Source: Bugula neritina (Eukaryota; Animalia; Bryozoa). Taken from it: 64,000 nucleotides of DNA. The stretch lies in assembly GCA_964035545.1 (NCBI GenBank), contig OZ037766.1:31424773-31488772 (forward strand), written 5' to 3'. Positions 30,099 to 41,450 of this stretch are shown here, piece by piece (positions within the stretch are counted from its first letter, which is position 1; each line of letters begins with the position of its first letter). The notes beneath the pieces were generated by a model. It was not told the origin of the DNA. It made no database searches and saw nothing but the letters and a program-made list of their open reading frames with translations. Both the position numbers and the translations under genes were made by a program.

Positions 30099-30283
30099 TC
30101 TCTACTAGCACTTCCATTACTATTAGTATTAATAATACCGATAGTGCTGCTACCATTAATTTCATGGCCATAATTTTAGCCAGTATTGTTACTTACGCCA
30201 CGAATCTACATGACTCATAGGCAGTATAATGGCTGCATAGCATCCGGCACAAACAATTCCAACGCACAGGCCAATTGCCAGCG
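28975..30283 (-). CDS. SMIM20: SMIM20 (MITRAC7 / phoenixin precursor); exons 30283 (or 30312)-30197, 29480-29424, 29015-28975; first coding exon not resolved
   Basis: The spliced translation ...[60 protein letters not shown] is a TM helix followed by the phoenixin-like sequence (human [23 protein letters not shown]). Confidence 0.9.
29960..30130 (+). repeat. (ACT/ACC)n microsatellite in a SMIM20 intron
   Basis: Low-complexity tract. Confidence 0.92.
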
Positions 30284-31989
30284 CTAAAATACCAAAAGAA
30301 ACAAACTCAATACTGCAATTTAAAATTTGACAGTAGCAAATAGGTTACAAAGCCAAATGTTTAGAAAATTTAAACAATGACAATTGACGTCTCGAATAGA
30401 TCAATACCTTAAGACTGCACATTCAAGTGGCATTCACATAGAGCTGGAGCCATATGGCATTCATAGTATTTTTAAAAACATTATTTCCCAATACTTTGAA
30501 CTTGTAACAGTTTAATACATAAAAAATAGGTCTGCACTATTCAGCGCAGACTCTACAGATAAAAACCTAAAAATTTGCAAGAACCAATGTTGTTAATACT
30601 TCTTTTGTGTTTTGGCAGCACCAACGCAATCTTAAAAAATCAACCACTCACTAGACTTGTAGTTGCGAACAAACTTGATTATGCCATTAGTGTACTCCAG
30701 GTTACTAGACTGCCCACTAGATGGAGTCCATGCTTTGTACTTTTTAAGATCCATGTGTTGGCCTGCATTTAAAACATTTATCATTAAGAAATAAAGTAGA
30801 TAAATAACAAGCAAATTATTACTTAAACTTTGTAGCAATATATGTCATGTCTATTCAATTTGTTTCGTAGAATGCAGATGATCCACATTGAGCAATGTTG
30901 AGCCTTTCACCTATAAATCAACTGTAACCCTCACATTCAGAGACTTCTATATATCATGACTAAACTTTTCACACCAAAATTATATTTAGTTTAAGTTTAG
31001 TTTAGGTTGACCCATGAACATGTTTAGATAAATATGTCAGTTATTATTATAGATTATTGAAGCAGTATAAGTAATTGGTCTAACACTAATACTTATTCGA
31101 AATATTAGTATTACTATTTGCCACCAATTACTATTACTATTAGTATTAGTTTTTTCAAAGGTGCTAATCACTCTAATAATTATTCCATTAGAATTGGAAA
31201 GTGTTTATCACAATATGAATATCAGTAGAGCTTATTGACTATTCGTTGATTTTTCAGTAGCAGCACCGCTAATTGTATTAGTACTAATATTTCGTAATAA
31301 TACTAGGAAGACTAAGAGTAAGAGTAGTAACTCAAACTGTACTACTACTTGTTACTTTTGCTCACTATAAGTATAACTATTGGTTATGCTAATACTTAGA
31401 GTATAACTGTTATAGCTATACTTACAGTTATACTTATAGTTATAGCCATACTTTAACTTACAGTTAATGAGTTATACTTATAGTTATTGTCATTGTGTAC
31501 GAATATCTATAAGTATAAGTATAAGTCTAAGAGTGAGAGTTTAAGTTTAACTCTAACGTAAGTATTATTTTAAAACAATTTGTACACAAAACTGTAATTA
31601 AAAATAAGATGTATTACACTAAAAGTATAAGTATAAGCTCAAGTAAAATTTACATATTTATATTCATAGCTATTGTCAGTTGCAAAGTTTCTCATACTTA
31701 TAGAACCCGTACTTGACTACCTTGCGAGCAATTTCAATTTGTTTATCTTGAAACTGCAGGAAATACAGTTAAAAGATCTTTGTTGTACTCGTTGTAAATA
31801 CTCTGCATTGCTGAAAGGTTTTTGTTATTTACAGTGAACGTTTCAACTTTTTGTTCAAAAAATAAAACATTTTAGCGTAAATTGATTTTGCTAAAATTAA
31901 CTCACAGCTAAGCTAAATTTTTTTACAAATATAATTCAAACAAAAAGACCATAATGTTTAGAGTTATCCTTGCTAACTCGATTTTACTC

Positions 31990-32150
31990 AAGCGATCTAA
32001 ATTGGCACGTGATTAGAACGCTCTGTATGATTGGACGCTAGAATGCAGCGGGGAATTCAAGCTGGGTAATTGAGCAGCAGCAGCTGGTGTTGAGCGGGCG
32101 AGGCAAATACAAGAACTACCAGTGAGATGATTTAAAAATTCAAAATAATA
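31990..32150. promoter_or_regulatory. Probable bidirectional SMIM20/cyclin A promoter
   Basis: It has two inverted CCAAT boxes (ATTGG at 32001 and 32030), CACGTG, a GC-rich patch and CHR-like TTTAAA/TTCAAA (32131-32144). This arrangement is typical of G2/M genes. Confidence 0.5.
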
Positions 32151-33384
32151 CTTTTCACATTACACAACGTTGAACTCGTCGACATCAGCACTTGATTCTA
32201 AAGACTTGCTTATGCTTTGAGACAGCTACAGTCAGTATTACTATTATTATAAACATTTTGATTGAATATTTATATTGTAAATTAAAATATAATAAAATTA
32301 AATATAAATGGAAATGTTATAAGTATAACATTAACAATAATTATTTAAATATTATTATATTTTTTATTTTTATATGTTGATATTTTATCATTTATATTCA
32401 ATTTCGTGCTGGTATTTAATTGTGCAGTTATGGTAAATTTTAATTCAAGAAATAGAATCTAAATCAAAATGAAAAAAGTAGACGTAGTATTTCTATTAGT
32501 CACCATTACTGATAGTACTAGTAGTAGTTGAGTACCAGTATAAGATTGAGTATATCAATATGAATCAGAATATGCAATTGTCACCCTAGTCCTGTCAACT
32601 CAAAGTCAACGCGTCACTGTCACTATGAGCCACTAAATACCAAACTATTCCTCTTTAATTTGGTTTTTAGCTTCAACTTCGAGATACTCACACTCAAGCT
32701 AGCTCCAACTTTTAGCCTGACAGCATTCAAGGTCAATCTTCTCAAATTCAAGAGGTGCGGACAAGCTCAAATTGCAGGTATTTACTTGAGGATATTTTGG
32801 CACGTTCTGTTCTTCTTACAGTTACTAGCATGTTTAAAGTATCACGAGTAAACATAAGTAAACCAACTGTTATAACATGTACACCTGTTCAATTCAACTG
32901 TCTTAAAGTTTAAAACTAAGTTTTCATTTAAAGCTGATCTCTTTCAGTCAAATTTAAGTTCAATATATAGTTATGTTCAATTCCGTTCAAAGGCTCATGA
33001 CAATTTTTTACATTGGGATCATTTAAATTTAGCGCAGTTTATAGTTATTATATTAAATCTACTGTAATGTAAGACAATAAACCAAAATAACATGAATTTT
33101 ATCTCTAGATTCTACTTAAACAAGTACCGAAATCATTAAAAAATTCGTTCCTAAATTGTATGTTTCACTTTCAGATATCTGGCTATTGCGACTGGTTTGA
33201 TTCTCAATAATTTCCAACTGAGTTGCCATTGTGGAATCATATCCTACGCTTGCAGGTGAGCTAGTCATGATGCCAGAGTAAAATGTGTACAATGTGTAAA
33301 AATGAGATTACAGTGTGTTTCAGAGAAAGTTGTTTTTCAGAACTTGCAGCCAGTCTGCGTGAGTTTGTATCTACCCAAGAGAAC

Positions 33385-35408
33385 ATGAACAGTTTCCAAG
33401 TATACACAGATGAGAATCAGGGCGTGCAGACCAGGGCCAAGAGGGCCGACAGCCAGGCTGCCCAGAAGCGTACGGCACTCGGTCAGCTCACCAATGTGCG
33501 GCAGCAACCCTCACGTGCGGCAAAGGTACCTTTATTTCTAGATAGTTGCTGTTTGGTTACTGTGTGAGTGTTTTTATGGGAGTCTTACCCTGAGCTGATG
33601 TTTGCAGTCGGCTCCTTTCAAAGTCTATGAGGATGCAGGGAGAGTTTCGGCCCCCAAGGATGATGAAAAGAGGGTGAAGTTAGTCCGAAAGGCGCCGGCC
33701 CCTGCCCCAGTTTTCCATCCAAGTGACGGCTACCTGGAGAAGTTGGTGGAAGACATCACAGCTGGTGAGTTTGTGGCAGTCTCAGTAGTTAGTTATAGTC
33801 TCAGTGGTTAGTTATAGTCTCAGTAGTTAGTTATAGTCTCAGTGGTTAGTTACAGTCACAGGAGTTAGTTACAGTCACAGCTGGTTAGTTGTCATTCTGA
33901 TAGACTCCCCGATGGTCCTCGATATCTCATGCATGGACACGGATGAGAGTGTGCGGCCAGTGGTGGATACAGCGACATCTACTGTCGACAGGGAGACCAG
34001 CTTGTACTGTCTGCCGGAGTACCGGGATGACATCATCGAGTATTTAAAGGAGGCGGAGACAAGGTGTCGGCCCAAGGTAGTGCAATGTATACATGCATAG
34101 AGTAACATATCCTAGTATACTGTATAGCTGTATACTGTATAGCTGTACCTCTGACACTGCACACACTATGCTCATTCTATTCTCTTTATTTAAAGGTAAG
34201 CTACATGAGGAAACAGACAGACATCTCCCCCCAGATGAGAACCATCCTGGTAGACTGGTTGGTAGAGGTGTGTGAAGAGTACAAGTTGCATGATGAAACA
34301 CTGCATCTTGCCGTCAACTATATCGATAGATTTCTCTCACAGATGTCTGTGTTGAGGGGAAAACTCCAACTAGTCGGCACTGCCTGTATCTACTTAGCTA
34401 GGTAATATCCTCTTCTATCTATTCTCTACTCGCTACAGCTCCCCCTCTATCTGTATTTCAGTCTCACATCCATTGTTTTCTGTGTTGCAGTAAATTTGAG
34501 GAGATCTACCCGCCTGACGTGGGTGAGTTTGTCTACATCACTGACGATACTTATACAAAGAGGCAACTTCTCAGAATGGAGCATCTCGTCATCAAAGTGT
34601 TGGGGTTTGAGTGCGCCGTCCCCACAGCAAATGTCTTTGCGGATATATATTTTCAGAAACTCGGAGACCATGAATTGGCCAGACATCTGGTGCAGGTATT
34701 GTGTAACGTTTCTCTCTTCCCTGCCATCGCTCTGTCTGTTTGAATGTTGTAGTACATGGTAACATGGTTATTATAGTACATGGTAACATGCTTATTGTAG
34801 TACATAATGGAGTTATCTCTCCTTGACTGTGACAACTACCTCCAATACAAACCAAGCGTGATAACCTCGGCAGCCATGATCCTGGCAGCGCATATCCTTG
34901 CTGACCACAAGCCGCTGCTGAGCGTGTCGGACATGGAGAAAGTGACGGGACACTCTCAGGAAGAGTTGTCTCCTCTCCTCAACAAACTCCTCCAGACTCT
35001 GCGGGTGGCGGCAGACCAGCCCCAGCAGGCTGTGCGCGATAAATACAAGGCAGACTCGTGAGTGTTTCTCTGTTATACCTGACAGCTCTTAGCAAGTGTC
35101 CTGTACTTGTTATACCTGACAGCTCTTAGCAAGTGTCCTGTACTTGTTATACCTGACAGCTCTTAGCAAGTGTCCTGTACTTGTTATACCTGACAGCTCT
35201 TAGCAAGTGTCTTGTACTTGTTATACCTGACAGCTCTTAGCAAGCGTCCTGTACTTTATAGTGACTGGCAGTGCATAGCCAGTGCTCTCTGCATGTTTTA
35301 ATAAGTGTGTGTATTTGTGTTGACAGGAGAAGGGCAGTGTCTACGTTACCCATCCCTCTACACATTGACCATCTCCAAAGCTCCTCCTTTGTGTCCATCT
35401 CAAGCTAG
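33385..35408 (+). CDS. CCNA: Cyclin A, 7 coding exons: 33385-33525, 33608-33764, 33904-34076, 34196-34401, 34491-34695, 34801-35057, 35327-35408
   Basis: The translation has a destruction box (RTALGQLTN), DSPMVLD, the cyclin box [38 protein letters not shown], and [24 protein letters not shown]. Confidence 0.96.
35071..35258 (+). repeat. 38-nt x5 minisatellite in the last cyclin A intron
   Basis: TGTTATACCTGACAGCTCTTAGCAAGTGTCCTGTACTT is repeated, starting about 13 nt after the donor. Confidence 0.95.
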
Positions 35409-36428
35409 ACAAGTACCAGCAAGTGCTCCTGCATCAGCATCTCTCCTTTACTATTTATTCTAGTGTAATCTACCACCTGTACATACGTTAGCTTTTTGTA
35501 CATCATATTTCTGCTCTTGCAATCCACGCAGACCTCTTGCTTTGCGCTTCTTAGTCTTTAACTTTTGTCAAAGAATCAAAATTTTATTGTGTGGAAACTC
35601 ATTTTAACAATGATGTCACCCGCTGGCTGTTTTATTTTTGGGTAGCAGTGATTGTATTGTTGTCCAGTTTCTTTACTGGCTTCTTTTGTAAATTTGTGTA
35701 CCAACTGTGAAATGCAGAGCGTTTGTGAAACCTGGTATTGATGTGTTGATTGCTGCTATATTTTAAACACTTTGTATAGATATTTAGTCAATCATTATTT
35801 TCCTGTATTCCACTTGATGTGAATTTAGGATGTAATTTAGTCAATGCTATGCAGTAATAAATAATTTTATTCTTAATATTTGTGTTTTCTTTTCTAACAA
35901 CCAACCTCCTACTATCCTATAGTCATGTGTTAAAAGTTCAGCCTCCAGTGCTAATACTTTTGACCTTATATGTGCATTTAATGAGATGGAAAGTTGACAT
36001 ACAATCTAGAGTATGGAAGGATATGCACAAGAAGTAACCTCTTTGTATTCAGCTAGCCACAGCCAAAATACTCAATTAATTGGCTGTTTACAATTTATTG
36101 CTCAATATAATATCAATAATTTATTGATCTGTTGATTAAAAGAATATAATATCTATCAGTCATGCAATACATAATAATTAACTTTGTCCCCCAGAAGTAA
36201 CTAATTTCTGAAGTCTGTTCTTTGCATACATGAAGTTTGAGTAGCAGAATCGACTGGGTATGAGTAGAGAGTTAACACACTATCTCCCCAGTCTTCTGTA
36301 TATAGTCACAATACTGTATGCCAGTCTACTTGTTCAAACACCAGAACTGCACAAATGTGTCCGCTTGAGTTTGGCTTGGCAATATGCCAGTGACATGGAA
36401 GATGCAAGTGATGAGAGAGGCCATAGCC

Positions 36429-37644
36429 TCAGAAGTCCCACCCATAGTTGTATTGAGGCTGGGTTGCATAGCCACCCACATCGCCTCGCCGGTCGTTTGA
36501 GTTATACTCTCCATCATATGTAAAAATGTCCATATCATGAACTTTTGCATCTTCTGGGTCATTTATTGGCGTCACTCTTCTCGAATTGCTCAGGTTTTCT
36601 GTCCTTTTCTTCGCACATGACAATACAGAGGTGAAACAGCAGAAACATCCAATAAAGATGGGAATACCTGCAAAACAGATCAGCAATGTTTCATCTTGAA
36701 TAATAATAAACTGGGTAGCTTAACTAGTCTATGGCCTTTAACCACTTGTATACATTACGGGAGGCATTTTACCTGACCCATACTCTGATGAGTATTTGGA
36801 CTCTGAAAATGTTGATTTGCACTTGAGACTAATTCATCACAAACAGTTTGGGTTTTGGAACAACATAAAGAATTATAAAATTTAATTAGCATCTTTTGAG
36901 AAGTTCATTCACATGATCTGAACTTTATTTAAGGAGTTTGCTTAAACCTCCACAATGTGTGAAGTAATGGTACCTTTGAAGCTACAAGTTATACCAGAAG
37001 TTGCAATTATTGAGGATTTATATATTCAGTCAGTGTTGGTGTTACATAATCACACCATGAACAACACTCAAGCGTGGTGAAATGTTCATAACTATGGATA
37101 ACGAGATCAGTTGCACTAGCCGTGGTAATTGCCGAAACATCTGCTCTACTTCAACACAAAGATCTCAAAGCTATGGCCCATTTCGAAACCTAATCGTTAA
37201 AATTTTTTATACATTCCTCTACTTATCTTTCATTCTTGTTTCTTTGTCATTATTTGAGTAACTGAAACTGTATAATAAATCTAGTGACTGAAAAGTGTTT
37301 ACCAGCAATAGTAAAATTTTTCTGCAAAGTACATGCAAGGTCTTACAATTTTTTGCTGCGGATATAATTCAGTATCGTAAATGGCGAGAAAATAACACAA
37401 CTCTATTAGGTGTCAGTTTAAATAATGAATTCAAATATTTTTCAACACATTTGTGATGTGACTATGAAATACTAAGACTACATTCACCTCCCAGTATTGA
37501 GACTGGTATGATAATAGCCATCACGTTTCCAGGGTTAGTGGGAAGGGTAGTAGTAATTGGCAAGGTGGAGGTTGTGTTCTCTGTCCCATAGCACCTGTGT
37601 AGGAGTGTCACCACTAACACTAACAGGCATATTGCTCTGGTCAT
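36429..37644 (-). CDS. Uncharacterised small single-pass membrane protein (131 aa); exons 37644-37488 and 36667-36429
   Basis: Two ORF fragments join in phase (G|gtgaat ... ttgcag|GT). The product has a signal peptide, a Thr-rich stalk with an NTT sequon, a hydrophobic TM (MAIIIPVSILGGIPIFIGCFCCF), a basic stop-transfer segment (KKR) and a Tyr-rich tail ending GWDF*. Confidence 0.75.
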
Positions 37645-39312
37645 CTTAGTTGGGCTGTAAACACATATATCACATTAAGGTTGATGGTGAGACAAAGTGC
37701 TAACAGTTGTTCTACATGTATGAGTTTAGGTGACTATCACTACGCCCCCTCCATGCTTTTACATTATGTGAGACACAAGTGTATACATGGAGGAGAGTGT
37801 GAAACCTTTGATCAAACGACACTAATGCAAAAGTGGAGTCATCTGGTTGTTGGCAAACAAAAGTCATATTGAGTATGCAACTCCAAACTTGTGTAAAAAA
37901 TTAATTTTCTGGACAAACTACTAGAAGCATGGTAGTTACATATTCTTTGTTTCTTCTATATATTATATGTTTCATATCTTTATAAACAATATATATATTG
38001 AATTTAAACCTTTACACTAAAGTGAACACTAATAATTATACATAATTTCACTTTGGTATAGTGACAACTTACAAGTAAAAATAACATTTGCAGTCATTAC
38101 TTCTCAAAGGTGAAGTAACCCTTAAGTCAGGGTATATACAAAATATTTCAGCCTATTTATAATATATTATAGATTATTGAACATAACTTATCTTATGTAA
38201 CTATGAACTGGTGATGAAACAACAACATGAATAGCTCATCATTAATTCCTTTTGATGAAAAGAATAAGAAAATCTATACAGATCAATTAAATGTGAGCAC
38301 TGGTGATTGAGCACCTGATATGAGCACGTGAGAAGAACCTGCAGTCATCTGTCAGTGTGTCAAGTTACATCTGCATGCGCCTAAACAATCTAGTGTTTGC
38401 AGAGTTACTAACTATCCGTTGATAATGCAGATTATGACATGCATGTAGTAATATAACTTGAAGCCCAACTCATATTATATAAAACATTTTGTTTTACTGT
38501 TCTCAGCATTACAAAACACTAAAATTCAAAATACTAAAACAGAATTCAATTATCATACTTTAGAATTAAATCCAAAATTTAAAGAATTTCCAACTGCTAT
38601 CAGTTGAGCTAGAAATTATCACACCCTATAGGCTGCAATTACAAAATATGCAGGCTGAAAATATGGTTGTATTCCATATTGAGTGGTAGATGTGTTGAGG
38701 TGTTGAGCTACTGGATCAGTAAAAGTAATAACAACTAATTAGAAGTTAAAGCGGTAATGGGTAACTCATTTACTTAAAGTGTAACTCACATCTTAAATAA
38801 ATTAAACATGTTGATCTCTACCATATTATAGGTACTAATGCTACCTGTTTTTTGAAGTTGCGCTGGTTATATTTTAAACAACATGTTACTAATAGTTTCT
38901 CAATAGAAAACCATTTCACTTTTTCAAAATGTTCTTCCATTTTACCAATGCTACTAATTTCATCAGTATTTAAGTTTATCCAATGCAGTGACAGATAACT
39001 CCAGTCATTTGATGATTAGCTAGAAAGATTCTTTACTCAAGCAACCTGGAATTGTAACTTCTCTAGTTTTTAAAAATTGTTAAGCCAATAAGTATTTTGT
39101 GCTACAGATCAAAAGGTAAAAAGCCACACAAGTAAAAAAATGCTAATTACGCACAAATTTGACTCCAGCACAAGATTTGAGAAATTATGAATTAAATTAG
39201 TGTTTTGGTAGAAGCGGATCAATTTTTTAAGCTCAAGACTTTTTCCTAAACTACAGCTTAAATGAATAAACACTCTTAAGTTTTTTAAACCAATAGGCTT
39301 TGGAGACCATAA

Positions 39313-39845
39313 TGGTTTCATCCCTGTTAGACGCTTGATTAAATTTTCCGCTTAGACGTTTCCCACTTGGACGCTTCCCAGTTAGACACTATTTTTATTT
39401 TGGCGCCATATAATTATATAGTAACATACCTATAATACCTATACAACTGCTGCATTTATTGCTAAATAGCTATAATAGCTAACACGAATTATCAGGAATA
39501 ATATTCTAATTTTTATAGATCTGTGAATGTGTGGGACAAAACAGCAGTAATATATTAATAATAAACATTATCTTTAATTAATGAATACTTATTAACAAAA
39601 TATATGTTCAAACAAGAAGCAAAAATATGTAAAATTATTATGTTAATGCAAATCAAAGAAATTTATTTATGTGTTCAATATGTGGTTTATTTAAATATAC
39701 AGATATTTAATCAATATTCAAATCAGTTGCACATAAAATATATAATGTACCAATATAAATAAATAGCGTCTAACTGGAAGCGTCCATGCAAGTAGGAAAC
39801 GTCTAAGTGGGAAATTTAGCCTAGCCTCTATCTGAGATGACACCA
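39313..39845. mobile_element. Degenerate MITE with about 80-bp imperfect TIRs
   Basis: The left end TGGTTTCATCCC..TTAGACGTTTCCCACTTGGACGCTTCCCAGTTAGACACTATTT matches the reverse complement of 39761-39845. It has internal TTAGACG subrepeats, and the TSD is not clear. Confidence 0.7.
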
Positions 39846-40231
39846 ACATTGTTGATATTGCGTAAAATTTTAAATTTGACTTTCAGTGAATTATAAAGAT
39901 ATAAAGTATACAACTACTAAACTATAAAGATAGCTACAAGGTGAAGGTCACTGAGTACACTGAAACACTATGATATATCATAGTATAGTTGAAAAATAGC
40001 TTAAATCATCTTTTCACGACCTGCCAATCTTGCTATTGATTTTAAAATCCCTCCTTAATTTTTTTTAATTGCATGCAGGAAATTGAGTTTGTTTGTGTAT
40101 TGTGTCTGCTGCTTAAAACATTTTATTGCCTTTTCTGTGGTTAATCTTCAACTTCCTGTTTTTACCTCACAGGTTGCTCCAGTCTTGTGCAAAAATATAT
40201 CAAAGCAAAACTTTTAGCCTGATAAAATTTC

Positions 40232-40788
40232 TGTGGTAGTTTTGTGGGTTATAGAATGAAATCAGGCAGAGAACATAACTCCTTGTTATAGAAGAGACAA
40301 GAGAGAGAGGTTGCCGTGTGCTTGCAGTACTTTATTGTAGTAGAGAGAAGTGTCCAATGTGAGCTCCAGTCCGCAAGTGACTGAAGCTCTAAAATGCGTG
40401 TCCTTTTATACCAGTGGAACAAAGGACTTCTAGAACCTTCTACCGACAGCGGGCCGATGTTCGGCAGGGAATGGCGACATTCGTCATGTCGGTAACCGAC
40501 ACTGATCATGTCGGCAACCAACATTCGGTTTGTCGGCATCCACCTGCCGAAATCGGTCCAACTGTCGGTTTACATGAATCAGCAAAAATGAACCCAACCA
40601 AGTGTATGCGTATTGTAACTTATAATTGGGGAAAGGGGATTAACTGTTTACTATGCTAAAGGCTTAACAATAGCCATAATATTTTAGGGTATTAGGAAGT
40701 TATGCTACAGACTTAGCAATAACTACAGTATTTAGAAAAATAGCAATAAGTAATGTGTCAAGGGGGATAATTCCTAATATTTACCACA
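40232..40788 (-). repeat. 3' LTR (557 bp)
   Basis: It has TGTGGTA...TACCACA inverted ends and is preceded on the minus strand by a G-rich PPT-like tract (ATAGGGGGTGTG). Confidence 0.95.
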
Positions 40789-41450
40789 CACACCCCCTAT
40801 CAGAAAGTACACTTTTCTGATACAAAAACAGAGGGTAAATATAACAAAAGTAAAATAACGGGCCAAAGGGTAAACATAACAAAAGGTAGAATAACGGCCG
40901 AGGGGCATAGGGACTAGCATAAGGATACAGGGGTAGGGCTACTGGGAGTGCAGAAAAATAAAATAAAAAAAAAACTTGGTTGAGGTTCAGGTTCTAGAGA
41001 AAAAAATGGTATAATACTGATAAAAAAAAAATGGGGTAAGGAGAATAACATAACTTTGACTGGAAGGAATTTATGAGCACACACAAAAATATAATAACAT
41101 GATAAAAAAAAAAAAACTTAGATACTGCACACACACTATTATGTACACACATATTGTAATAACACAATTAAACACACTGATATATATATATATAAGGAAA
41201 AAAGTACGTAGTATGAGAGTCTTATATGTAATTAAGTTGCCTGCGTAGGGCCTGAATGTCCTCCTAGGTCTCCGGATCTCTCCTTCGCGAGGACTGGTAT
41301 GTGCAGGCTGGCGACAAGGGGGGCAGGATGATGAGTAGAGGAGGAGTGAGACGTCGTGGCGGAGAGTCAGGAAGGTGAACATCTAGGGGGAGGCTAGGTA
41401 GTATGTGGACTGGTGAGTTGTGGGCTTCTTCTGGTCGCGGCTGGTTCTTT

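Noticed and set aside
40414-40659. 81-aa ORF duplicated at 47495-47740
   Set aside because: It lies in the LTRs, is antisense and has a non-ATG start. The duplication simply reflects LTR identity.
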